Shown here in pieces: positions 18,576 through 27,868 of a stretch of DNA of 63,270 nucleotides. The stretch covers positions 1 to 63,270 of the forward strand of contig JARRQT010000004.1 of assembly GCA_037381445.1 (NCBI GenBank). Direction: 5' to 3'. Numbering within the stretch: the first letter of the stretch is position 1; each line of letters starts with the position of its first letter. This DNA comes from Calditrichia bacterium. Lineage in GTDB: Bacteria; Calditrichota; Calditrichia; RBG-13-44-9. The position numbers were made by a program, and so were the translations under genes. The notes below the pieces were generated by a model that was not told where the DNA came from, did no database searches, and saw only the letters and a list, made by a program, of their open reading frames with translations.

Positions 18576-19682
18576 TTAAACCTCCGCTGCCATGGTCCGG
18601 ATAAGCTCTCCACCGGTTGTCATGTATTTTCGCATCAAATTGGCCGTCAGACAGGAATGAACTGGCAATATGGCCAGCAGATCGCCTGTCTGAATCCGAT
18701 CGAATATTTCTCGGCTGGCCTGGATAATGCCGTGTTCCTGGGAAAGGGCCTTGACGAAGGTGCCGGGAAGCGGCCGGTTCCAACCCTGCTGTTCGTCATA
18801 AAAACAAACCAGTCCAAATAATTGTTTCCCTTCGTGGTCTATGATGTTTTCTTTCGAAAGGTGCACGGCTCCCCCATAAATGATGATCTCATTTCTGGAA
18901 GCATGTTTTGTAACCACCGGACAGATCATTGCCACGGCAATTTCCTGCGGGGAACAGGATCTGAGATTCATTTGCATGACGTCATAAAAAACAAAATTGC
19001 CGGGACGGATTTCATCAACTTCGCCGAAATTTTCCGCAATGCTGCAGCCGGGTGTGTCACCGACGGAAATCTGTATGCTGGTAAATCCTGCCGCCTGCAG
19101 TTTAAACCTGACCTCTTTCAACATTATAACCGAATCCCGGTAGATTGTTTCAATTTCGGCGGGCGATTTGGCATGGTAGGTGTGGCCGGCATGTGTCAGA
19201 AGTCCGCTCAAATGCATTTTGCTGCTCTTTGTGATATTCTGCGCCAGGTGAATGATGGCGTCGAAATCATTCCATTCGATGCCGGTTCTGTGATATCCCA
19301 CATCGATCTTGATCCATATGCTGACAGGATGCCCGAGATGCCGGGATAGGAACTCAACGGTTTCCGGAGATTCCACCAGCAGGCCCAGCCGGACTTCCCG
19401 AGCCAGTTGATTGATCTTCCGGATTTCCCGGATGTTCACTGGAAAAGCGACGGTGATGTCTTCCCATCCGTGGCTGGCAAAATAGGCGGCCATGTCGAAG
19501 GAGGAAACTGTAATCGAACGGACGCCTTCCGCCCGAAACCAATCTCCGATTTCTGCGGACTGATGGGTCTTGAAATGGGGGCGAAACCGGACGTTGTTCT
19601 CCTTTGCCTTGTGATCCATTTTCCTGATATTCAGGATGGCCTTTTCTTTGTTTAATAAAAGTGTCGGTTGTATGATTTCCAT
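18576..19682 (-). CDS. PLP-dependent enzyme with an alanine-racemase-like N-domain (D-TA / DSD1 D-serine dehydratase-like family)
   Basis: 368 aa. RPHFKTHQS contains the PLP-binding Lys. The C-terminal LSQEHGII...GDLLAILPVHSCLT is typical of the D-threonine aldolase / D-serine dehydratase-like group. Confidence 0.75.
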   Translation of the reverse strand: MEIIQPTLLLNKEKAILNIRKMDHKAKENNVRFRPHFKTHQSAEIGDWFRAEGVRSITVSSFDMAAYFASHGWEDITVAFPVNIREIRKINQLAREVRLGLLVESPETVEFLSRHLGHPVSIWIKIDVGYHRTGIEWNDFDAIIHLAQNITKSSKMHLSGLLTHAGHTYHAKSPAEIETIYRDSVIMLKEVRFKLQAAGFTSIQISVGDTPGCSIAENFGEVDEIRPGNFVFYDVMQMNLRSCSPQEIAVAMICPVVTKHASRNEIIIYGGAVHLSKENIIDHEGKQLFGLVCFYDEQQGWNRPLPGTFVKALSQEHGIIQASREIFDRIQTGDLLAILPVHSCLTANLMRKYMTTGGELIRTMAAEV

Positions 19683-20160
19683 TTCAGTCTGCGGTAATCC
19701 TTATCATGATATTTACATGTGCATTCTTTTTATTAAATATCTGCCCTAAAACTACGCAATTCAAGAAATTTTATTCGGACAATGCTTTTTCACTCCGAAG
19801 CTGAAACTATGTAAGCCGTCAAAATGTATTAATTGCAGTTTTGAAAAGGGCATAAAGGCTTTCTGTAACTAATGTGCGCAGAACAGGATTTAGAATCCTG
19901 AATGATAATGAAAAGAATATCACCGGATTTCAGGATTTTGTAATATCTGTCGATTATAGGAATTTGTATTATCAAATCGCTTTTGGTAAACTATACCGGA
20001 GTGTCCGGAAAGAAACAGAACATTATAAAAAAGACAAAGTAAGCTAAATACAAAATCGGAGTTGTGCCGGAATCAAATGATTAATGAAACCACGAGGCGG
20101 AGTCAGGTTTGCGATTTATGATGAAAATGAAAAGCAGCACGAATAATAAAGGAGTGCCAT

Positions 20161-20835
20161 ATGATTGACAATCAGCATCCCGTGAATTCTCCTTTTGCTA
20201 TTAAAGATTGCGCTTTAATAGCGATTGCCACCGGGCAGCGCGCCAGGAATCTGCGCGAAATGGTTGGATACCTGCAGACCATCAGCGTGGACAGCATCTA
20301 CTATCATTTCTGGGGAACGCTGCTGCGTCCCCGGTTTGACGATCCCGAATATCACAACGATTTTGCCATTTGGGCCGCCCATCAAATTCATGACCGGATT
20401 CTGGCGGAACGACTGGCTGTCATTTATCCGGTGGAGTATAACAATCTGGAGGACCTGCGGCAGGAGTTGATCGAAGTCATTGAAGAGCGCCTGGATGAGA
20501 TTGACTTTCCGGTGTGGGCCCACCGCGATCGCCAGTTTGAATTTATCCGTTCGCAAATCGTAGTGTTCGATACTCACCGGAAGGCCCATTACGCACAGGA
20601 ATTTGTGGAGATAATACCGCAGATGTCCGTGGGAAGTATCTTCTTCCATCTGATTGATGCGCGGCGGCGTCATCCCGAATCGATTGATGATTTTCAGAAC
20701 TGGCTGCTGGAATTCGGAGATGAATATGCGGAACTGAGGCAAAAGATTGGGGAAATCGACCCCTATTATTCCTCCCTGAGTCAGTTAAGAAATGAATTGT
20801 CCCAAATGTTCAAGAACTACTTTTTGCAGAGGTAA
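20161..20835 (+). CDS. DUF5752-like protein, the usual partner of TreT-type glycosyltransferases
   Basis: 224 aa with an AAGGAG RBS. FAIKDCALIAIATGQRARNLREMVGYLQTISVDSIYYHFWG and a second similar half (IPQMSVGSIFFHLIDARRR) fit my memory of DUF5752. The stop is 3 nt before the treT start. Confidence 0.6.
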   Translation: MIDNQHPVNSPFAIKDCALIAIATGQRARNLREMVGYLQTISVDSIYYHFWGTLLRPRFDDPEYHNDFAIWAAHQIHDRILAERLAVIYPVEYNNLEDLRQELIEVIEERLDEIDFPVWAHRDRQFEFIRSQIVVFDTHRKAHYAQEFVEIIPQMSVGSIFFHLIDARRRHPESIDDFQNWLLEFGDEYAELRQKIGEIDPYYSSLSQLRNELSQMFKNYFLQR

Positions 20836-20838
20836 GCC

Positions 20839-22086
20839 ATGGAAGAAATGAATATTCTTGATAAATATGCGGAAGTGACAGGAGTGGATGTGGTGGAACA
20901 CTTGCGGCAGCTTGCGGCCCCCATGAAAGGTTTGCGGGTGGTGCATGTGAATTCCACCCGGATCGGCGGAGGTGTTGCGGAAATCCTGCATAAAATGGTT
21001 CCTTTGATGCAGGAGCTGGGTCTGGAGACCTCCTGGGAAGTTATTGCCGGCGAGTCCACCTTTTACCAGTGCACCAAGAATTTTCACAATGCCATGCAGG
21101 GGAACCGGGTAAATATTACGGAGGACCAGTACCGGGTATATGAAGAAACCAATGCCAAAACGGCGGAAATATTGAGAGAAAAAATAGAGAATGCGAACAT
21201 TGTATTCATTCATGATCCGCAGCCCGCAGCCCTTATCCGGAATTTCCCCGACCGGCATGGTAAGTGGGTGTGGCGCTGCCACATCGATGTCAGCAAACCG
21301 TTTCGTCCGGTATGGAAATACCTGCGCAATTTTGTATCGGATTATGACGCCAGCATTTTCTCACTATCCACTTTTGCCCAGATGCTGCCACACCCCGTCT
21401 ATCTGATTCCGCCGAGCATCGATCCCCTGCACGAAAAAAACATTGATCTGGAAGTGGAGGAAATCAACGAAGTTTATTCACGTTTCACTCTGGATCCGGA
21501 GCGGCCCATGGTGCTGCAGGTGTCGCGCTATGACCGTTTCAAAGATCCGGTGGGCGTGATTCAATCCTATAAATTGGCCAAGAAATTCATACCCTCGCTG
21601 CAGTTGGTTCTTGCCGGCGGGGGTGCCTCGGATGATCCCGAAGGCGAACTTGTATTAAGCGAAGTACGCCAGGCCGCGCAGGATGATCCGGACATTCACA
21701 TCCTTCTGCTTCCGGGAGATGCTCACCGCACCATCAACGCTCTGCAAAGGGCTTCGGATATTGTCATTCAAAAATCCATTCGCGAGGGATTCGGACTCAC
21801 CGTCACCGAAGCCATGTGGAAGAATAAGCCGGTCATCGGAGGCGATACCGGGGGAATCCGTATTCAGGTTATCAATCATCATACCGGTTTCCTGGTAAAT
21901 ACCCCGGAAGGGGCGGCGCTCAGAATCCGCCATCTGCTCCACAACCGTGATATTCTGGAGCAGATGGGCGACAAAGCCAAGGAATTTGTCCGGGAAAATT
22001 TCCTGATCACCCGGCACCTCAGGGAATATTTAACGCTGATTTACGCCCTTTTGTATGACAAGCGGGAACGGATCGAACTCAGCTAA
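20839..22086 (+). CDS. treT: Trehalose glycosyltransferring synthase TreT (GT4)
   Basis: Aligns along its full length with Thermococcus/Pyrococcus TreT as remembered: VHVNSTRIGGGVAEILHKMVPLMQELG, FHNAMQGN, HDPQPAAL, WRCHID, PPSIDPL, VSRYDRFKDP, DDPEG, QKSIREGFGLTVTEAMWKNKPVIGG. Confidence 0.85.
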   Translation: MEEMNILDKYAEVTGVDVVEHLRQLAAPMKGLRVVHVNSTRIGGGVAEILHKMVPLMQELGLETSWEVIAGESTFYQCTKNFHNAMQGNRVNITEDQYRVYEETNAKTAEILREKIENANIVFIHDPQPAALIRNFPDRHGKWVWRCHIDVSKPFRPVWKYLRNFVSDYDASIFSLSTFAQMLPHPVYLIPPSIDPLHEKNIDLEVEEINEVYSRFTLDPERPMVLQVSRYDRFKDPVGVIQSYKLAKKFIPSLQLVLAGGGASDDPEGELVLSEVRQAAQDDPDIHILLLPGDAHRTINALQRASDIVIQKSIREGFGLTVTEAMWKNKPVIGGDTGGIRIQVINHHTGFLVNTPEGAALRIRHLLHNRDILEQMGDKAKEFVRENFLITRHLREYLTLIYALLYDKRERIELS

Positions 22087-22425
22087 AATCTCCTATTAGA
22101 TGAAACGGCAGGACCACCTGATTTCCAGGAATTGGTAAGCTGCGTTTCAGACAATCTCGATCCGATTGTTTTCCTGTCCTCCGCCCCATCCGTTTTTTTG
22201 GAAAAATTTTTCCGGACCTGGCGACTGTGGTTTTTTTGGCTGGAATCTTTTGTTATATTATCCATATAATTTTTCTGGGATTTGCAAAGATCAGATTTCC
22301 TGAATCTGACTGATTCCCGGTTTCTGCGGAGTGAGGGATAGATATTCTTTTTTAGGCTTGAATTACAAAATTGATATTCATTTCTGCTAAAAAATCGGCT
22401 GGCCTGATATATTTGAGGAGGAAAA

Positions 22426-23520
22426 ATGGGCTTTTTTGAACAGCAGTTTTACGGCAACTCGGTTAAAGACTGGATTATTGCGATCGGAGTTGCCATTGCG
22501 GCATTTGTGCTGCTCCGCATTATCATTTCATTTGTCTATCGGCGTGTCCGGGCCTTTGCTAAAAAAACCAAAACCGGCGTGGATGATCTGGTTGCAAATA
22601 TGCTTAATAATATCAGATTCTTCTTCTATTTCATTGTGGCCATTTATTTCGGCAGCCTGATACTTGACCTTCCCAAGACCCTGGATGACGTTTTGACAAG
22701 ACTGATTATTATTGCCTTTTTAGGACAGAGCGCCATCTGGGGATCCGGGATTATCTCACTCTGGCTTGAACATTATAAGCAGCGAAAAATGCAGGAAGAT
22801 GCCGCCAGCGTCACTACCTTTTCGGCGCTTGGATTTCTGGCAAAACTGACTTTGTGGACCGTCATCTTCCTGCTTGTCCTGGAAAATCTGGGTGTGGATA
22901 TCACTGCGCTGGTCGCGGGATTGGGCGTCGGCGGTATCGCTATCGCCCTGGCGGTCCAGAATGTTCTGGGGGATCTCTTCGCATCGCTTTCCATCGTGCT
23001 GGATAAACCGTTTGTCATCGGGGATTTTATTATTGTTGATGATTATATGGGAAGCGTGGAGCATATCGGATTGAAAACCACCCGGCTTCGCAGCCTTTCC
23101 GGTGAGCAACTGGTGATGGCCAACAGCGATCTTTTGAAGAGCCGGATCCGGAATTACAAGCGCATGTTCGAGCGGCGGGTGGTTTTTTCGATCGGCGTGA
23201 TTTACCAGACTCCCTACGAAAAAGTCGCCGCCATTCCGGGAATGATCCGTGAGATTATCGAGAAACAGGAGCTGGCCCGCTTCGATCGTTCTCATTTCAA
23301 AGAATATGGCGCCTCATCCTTGAATTATGAAACGGTATACTGGGTGAAGAGTCCGGATTACAATCAATATATGGATATTCATCAAGCCATAAATCTGGAG
23401 CTTTACCGCCAATTTGAAGAGGAAGGAATTGAGTTTGCCTATCCTACCCAGACGCTTTTCGTTACCAATGAAACCCAAACCAGTCTTTCTGAATTAAATG
23501 ATAATCAAGAAAGAGAATAA
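22426..23520 (+). CDS. Mechanosensitive ion channel, MscS family
   Basis: 364 aa with a GAGGAGG RBS. Signature: GVGGIAIALAVQNVLGDLFASLSIVLDKPFVIGDFIIVDDYMGSVEHIGLKTTRLRS. The stop is 2 nt before the otsA start. Confidence 0.85.
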   Translation: MGFFEQQFYGNSVKDWIIAIGVAIAAFVLLRIIISFVYRRVRAFAKKTKTGVDDLVANMLNNIRFFFYFIVAIYFGSLILDLPKTLDDVLTRLIIIAFLGQSAIWGSGIISLWLEHYKQRKMQEDAASVTTFSALGFLAKLTLWTVIFLLVLENLGVDITALVAGLGVGGIAIALAVQNVLGDLFASLSIVLDKPFVIGDFIIVDDYMGSVEHIGLKTTRLRSLSGEQLVMANSDLLKSRIRNYKRMFERRVVFSIGVIYQTPYEKVAAIPGMIREIIEKQELARFDRSHFKEYGASSLNYETVYWVKSPDYNQYMDIHQAINLELYRQFEEEGIEFAYPTQTLFVTNETQTSLSELNDNQERE

Positions 23521-23522
23521 TT

Positions 23523-25022
23523 ATGGAATCTGCATTTTCATCCCAAAACAGGCTTATTATTGTTTCCAACCGGCTGCCGATCGTGCTTTCGAAGGCGCAG
23601 GATGATGAGTGGCAGGTCGAACCGGGTTCAGGCGGACTGGTCACGGCTATGGCCCCGGTGTTGAAGAACCGGGGCGGCGTATGGATCGGCTGGCCCGGAA
23701 ATATGGAAGATGACGGCCTTGACACTGAAGATCTGCTGGCCAAACAGACGCAGAAATTTGGCTACCACCTGAAACCGGTAAGCCTCACCGCAGAAGAAAT
23801 CCAGAAATATTATAAAGGATTTGCCAATGAAATTATTTGGCCCCTTTTTCACGATTTGATTGATCACTGCAATTTTGACCCGATTTATTGGGAGGCTTAT
23901 CGGGAAGTGAACCGGAAGTTTGCCGAAGTCACGATTAAAGACAACCGGTCGGAAGATTTTGTGTGGGTTCATGATTACCACCTGATGTGCGTGGGTGAGG
24001 AGCTGCGAAAAATGGGGATCAAATCGCAGGTCGCATTTTTTCTGCACATTCCATTCCCGCCGCCGGATGTCTTCCTGCGGCTGCCCTGGCGGTTTCAGAT
24101 TCTCAATGCACTGTTGGAATATGATCTGCTTGGTTTCCAGACCCTGCGGGACCGCAGGAATTTCATGCAGTGCGTGCGTATTATGTTCAAGGAAGTCCGG
24201 CGGTTTGGCGGGGGACAGGTATTCAGGCTAAGAATCGGGAAGCGTGAAATCCGGGTTGGCGCCTTTCCCATCAGCATCGATTACCATGAATTTTCCCGAA
24301 CCGCCGCCACCAAAGAAGTGGCGGATAAAGCCTGGTATATCCATGAAGATATTCCCAAGGGGAAAATAATCCTGGGTGTGGACAGGCTGGATTACACCAA
24401 GGGGATTCCCCAGAGAATGAAAGCATATCAGAACGCTCTGCGCCGTTTTCCGGAGCTGAGGGAAAATGTAACTTTCGTGCAGGTGGTAGTGCCAAGCCGC
24501 CGGGATATTCCCGAATATGAACATCTCAAGGAGCAGATTGAAAGGCTGGTAGGTGAAATTAACGGCGAATTTACCCGTTCGGGCTGGGTGCCTTTCCATT
24601 ACATTTTCCGCAGTCTGGACCGGCAGGAACTGGTGGCCTATTACCGGACCTCGGAGATTGCGCTTATTACTCCGCTCAAAGACGGGATGAATCTTATCTC
24701 GAAGGAGTATTGCGCTTCCAATCAGGATGGAAATGGCGTGTTGATCCTCAGTGAGTTTGCCGGTACAGTGGCACAATTTCAAAAATACGCGCTTCTGGTG
24801 AATCCGCACGATATCGAGGGGGTTGCCAACGCGATTCATCAGGCCTATCATATGCCGGAGGATGAGAGAAAATCCCGCATGCAGCGATTGCGGCTGAACG
24901 TGAGGCGGTATAATATTTTCTGGTGGGTCGATTCCTTCCTGGATGCTGCTATCGCCAAAAACCTTGATAACTTCCCCCTGTTGGAAGATTATGTTCCAAC
25001 CCAACAAACCGCTGAATCCTAG
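23523..25022 (+). CDS. otsA: Alpha,alpha-trehalose-phosphate synthase (GT20)
   Basis: LIIVSNRLPIV, GGLVTAMAPVL..GVWIGWPG, VWVHDYHLM, FFLHIPFP, LGVDRLDYTKGIP, LITPLKDGMNLISKEY and LILSEFAG are colinear with E. coli OtsA. There is no fused phosphatase domain. Confidence 0.92.
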   Translation: MESAFSSQNRLIIVSNRLPIVLSKAQDDEWQVEPGSGGLVTAMAPVLKNRGGVWIGWPGNMEDDGLDTEDLLAKQTQKFGYHLKPVSLTAEEIQKYYKGFANEIIWPLFHDLIDHCNFDPIYWEAYREVNRKFAEVTIKDNRSEDFVWVHDYHLMCVGEELRKMGIKSQVAFFLHIPFPPPDVFLRLPWRFQILNALLEYDLLGFQTLRDRRNFMQCVRIMFKEVRRFGGGQVFRLRIGKREIRVGAFPISIDYHEFSRTAATKEVADKAWYIHEDIPKGKIILGVDRLDYTKGIPQRMKAYQNALRRFPELRENVTFVQVVVPSRRDIPEYEHLKEQIERLVGEINGEFTRSGWVPFHYIFRSLDRQELVAYYRTSEIALITPLKDGMNLISKEYCASNQDGNGVLILSEFAGTVAQFQKYALLVNPHDIEGVANAIHQAYHMPEDERKSRMQRLRLNVRRYNIFWWVDSFLDAAIAKNLDNFPLLEDYVPTQQTAES

Positions 25023-25497
25023 CTCCTGCGATCTTCAAAATCTAATAATGTTTTTGCCTGCCGCAATGCTTGATAAAATGGTTGTCGGCCATCGGGCCGG
25101 ATTTATTTCCAATGCGAACGACGATAAAATTTCCTGTTTTGGAATACTACTCTCTTTTTAAAATCTCTCTTTTATTTTTTGATGAAAATTGGCGGCCTCG
25201 CGGAGGGGGATTCCATGATTCCCGGTACCGGACGGTGAGAAAGCGGGATAAACTGCATCAGGCAAAAAGACCATAAAATACAGGGAAATCATTTCCAGAT
25301 GCTGTTTAAGGACGCTGATTTTTATAAAAAAAGGAACAAAATCAATTCTACTGCACTAAATAAATGGCGTTGGGAAAATTCCCGCAGAACTGTTAGGATT
25401 TTGAGGGGGCGGAATAAAAGGGATCATTGTATCCGCAAATTTATAATTTATTGTAGCTGGAGCTGAAGTTCATAATGAAAGGGATGAATTTTTAATT

Positions 25498-26232
25498 ATG
25501 CAGGATTTTAAAGTTCTTTCGTACAATATCCATTCGGGTATTGGGAGGGATAGGGTTTACCGCCTTGACAGAATCATCGAAATTTTAAAAAGAGAAGAGG
25601 CCGATATCATTGCCCTTCAGGAAGTTGACAATAATCTGAGAAGAAGTAATCATGACAATCAGCCGCAAATCATTGCGGACGCGCTGGGAATGGATTACTT
25701 CTATTGTGTCAACCGCATCACCGAAAATGGGGAATACGGAATTGTTACGCTGAGCCGTTTTCCCATTGAAAAAGCCAAAAAATATGATATTTCCTACGGT
25801 TCTGACATTGAACCGCGCGGCCTTTCCCGGTCTGACATCAAAGTGAACGGATCTATTGAATTTCATGTTTTTAACGTTCATTTGGGCCTCCGGGTGAGAG
25901 AGAGAAAATTTCAGCGCGAAAAATTGCTGAGCGACTCCATCCTTTTGGATCCGGATTCGGAGGCGCCGAAAATTGTTCTGGGTGACTTCAATGACCGTGT
26001 TTTTTCTGTGGTGCACGGAAAACTGGCAATTCACTTTAATGATGTATATAAAATGACCGATGGCAGACACGGATCAACCTTCAAATGGGGGCCGATCCGT
26101 TTAAAACTCGATCATATATACATGAGCGATCAGCTGGTGCCGATCGATTCCTACGTATCCAGTGTGCCGCTGGCAAAAGTGGCATCGGATCACAGGCCGC
26201 TGATTGCTGTATTTGAGGTAAATATGAATTAG
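25498..26232 (+). CDS. Endonuclease/exonuclease/phosphatase (EEP) family protein, YbhP-like
   Basis: 244 aa. VLSYNIHSG...ADIIALQEV...LGDFN...SDHRPL are EEP motifs. It sits directly upstream of cls, as ybhP sits upstream of clsB in E. coli. Confidence 0.85.
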   Translation: MQDFKVLSYNIHSGIGRDRVYRLDRIIEILKREEADIIALQEVDNNLRRSNHDNQPQIIADALGMDYFYCVNRITENGEYGIVTLSRFPIEKAKKYDISYGSDIEPRGLSRSDIKVNGSIEFHVFNVHLGLRVRERKFQREKLLSDSILLDPDSEAPKIVLGDFNDRVFSVVHGKLAIHFNDVYKMTDGRHGSTFKWGPIRLKLDHIYMSDQLVPIDSYVSSVPLAKVASDHRPLIAVFEVNMN

Positions 26233-26433
26233 GGCCATTGATGGACACCATTCCTCTCTGGATTGTGTTGATTCTGTATTTTTCAACCTGGCTGCTGTTG
26301 CCGGTGGTGATTACAAAAAAGAAACGACCGGCAAATTCAGTTGCCAGGTTGAAAAATACAGAATCAACACAATCCAGAGAGGAATGGTGTCCATCAATGG
26401 CCCTAATTCATATTTACCTCAAATACAGCAATC
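26202..26433. repeat. Perfect 91-bp inverted repeat (arms 26202-26292 and 26343-26433) with a 50-bp spacer
   Basis: Compared base by base, the reverse complement of 26202-26292 is identical to 26343-26433. The first mismatches are at 26201/26434 on the outside and 26293/26342 on the inside. The same peptide (KNTESTQSREEWCPSMALIHIYLKYSN) also appears in ORFs on both strands in the track. Confidence 0.97.
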
Positions 26434-27610
26434 CCATAAAGAAAAATTACCCCGCGAGTTGGAAGACATCGTTTCCCTGAGCCGCAAATTTGGTTTGTTC
26501 GATGCCGTGGGCTCAAACCGCGTTGATATCCTGGTGGATGCCAGGGACACCTATAAAAAAATGGAGGAAGCCATCCTCAGCGCCCGCCATCATATCAATA
26601 TGGAATACTACATTTTTCGTCCCGATAAAGTGGGAGCGCGGTTCCGCGATTTGCTGGTGAAGAAGGCACACGAAGGTGTGAAAGTCAATTTCCTCTACGA
26701 TGCGGTGGGCTCCAGGATGCTTGGATGGCACCGCAGTTTTATGAATAGCTTGCGGGAGGGAGGAATAGAACCGCAGGATTTTCTTCCGCTGCGTACCTTT
26801 ACCAAGCCGTGGAACCTAAACCTGCGCAATCATCGCAAACTCCTGGTGGTGGATGACAAAATAGGTTTTACGGGCAGCCTAAATATCGGACAGAAATTCT
26901 TGGGAGAGAAGAAAAGAGGCAAAAAGTGGCGGGAAACCCATCTGATGATCCAGGGGCCGGCCGTGACCCAGTTGCAATGGATTTTCTGTGAGGACTGGTA
27001 CTTCTCAACCGGAGAAGAACTCCTCATGCCAGAATACTTCCGGCCCATTGATCAGGCGGGAAATGAGATTGTGCAGGTGGTAGCGAGCGGCCCGGATGTC
27101 AGGGAACAGGCCATTCATAAAGTTGTATTTGCAGCCGTCTCCCAGGCAAAAAAATCCATTTATTTGACCACGCCTTATTTTATTCCCGATCCTGCGCTGT
27201 ATCTAGCGCTGCAGGTGGCAGCCAGGCGCGGCGTGGAAGTCATCATCCTGGCTCCGCGGAAATCAGATCATACCTTTGTTACCTGGGCGGGGCGATCCTA
27301 TTACGATGAATTGCTGGAGAGCGGCGTCAAAATCTTCGACTATCTTGCCGGAAATTTGCATGCCAAAATGCTGATTGTCGATAGCCAGTTGACCATTATC
27401 GGGTCAGCAAATGTGGACATCCGCAGCTTCGATTATGATTTTGAGGTTAATGTGCAGGTCTATGGCGAGACGACCGCAAATTTGGCTTCCGGCATTTTTT
27501 TCCGGGATTTGAAAAACAGCAGAGATTTGAGCAAAACCGATTTTTTGCATCGTTCTGCCCTGAAACGCTTCAACGAGAATGTGTGCCGGTTGTTTAGTCC
27601 GGTTATGTAA
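26241..27610 (+). pseudogene. cls: Cardiolipin synthase (ClsA-type N-terminus, PLD/HKD catalytic part), interrupted by the inverted duplication
   Basis: The N-terminal exon-like piece MDTIPLWIVLILYFSTWLLLPVVITKKKRPANSVA (ATG 26241) runs into the right repeat arm at 26343. The catalytic part resumes in another frame after 26433 (HKEKLPRELEDIV...). Both HKD motifs are intact (HRKLLVVDD..GSLNI; HAKMLIVDS..GSANVD). The track ORF 26384..27610 starts inside the repeat arm. Confidence 0.8.
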
Positions 27611-27868
27611 GTTCGCATAGGTCCGCCCCTCTTTGTGCAATCCTTCGGGCAGGCCAGATTTTTGACAGCAAGATATGAAACCGCAGACTCTTTGGTGATT
27701 TGTTGCCACCGGACGTTATAGCCCCATAAGGTGTGGAAGAAGTGTCTTATTTTCGGGTGTCCTTCTCTTCACACTGAAATATTGCACGCCATACACGCGA
27801 TTGAACAAGATGGACTGCAGATTGTTAAAAAGATACTTTGCTCGCAAAATTTAAACAAGAGGTTAGCC

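Noticed and set aside
26384-26433. The first 17 codons of track ORF 26384..27610 (MVSINGPNSYLPQIQQS) considered as the genuine N-terminus of cardiolipin synthase.
   Set aside because: These codons are the reverse complement of the EEP-stop/cls-start junction, which is the right arm of the 91-bp inverted repeat. They are not native Cls sequence, and the putative RBS spacing is also too short.
27781-27820. ATTGCACGC (27781-27789) and GATTGAACAAGATGGA (27799-27814) both occur within the first 30 nt of the Tn5 nptII (kanamycin resistance) gene. I considered vector or marker contamination.
   Set aside because: The two pieces are in the wrong order. Similarity stops immediately, with no GGTTCTCCGGCCGCTTGGGTGG continuation. 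The region is simply the upstream leader of the M50 protease gene, and the match is too short to mean anything without a database search.
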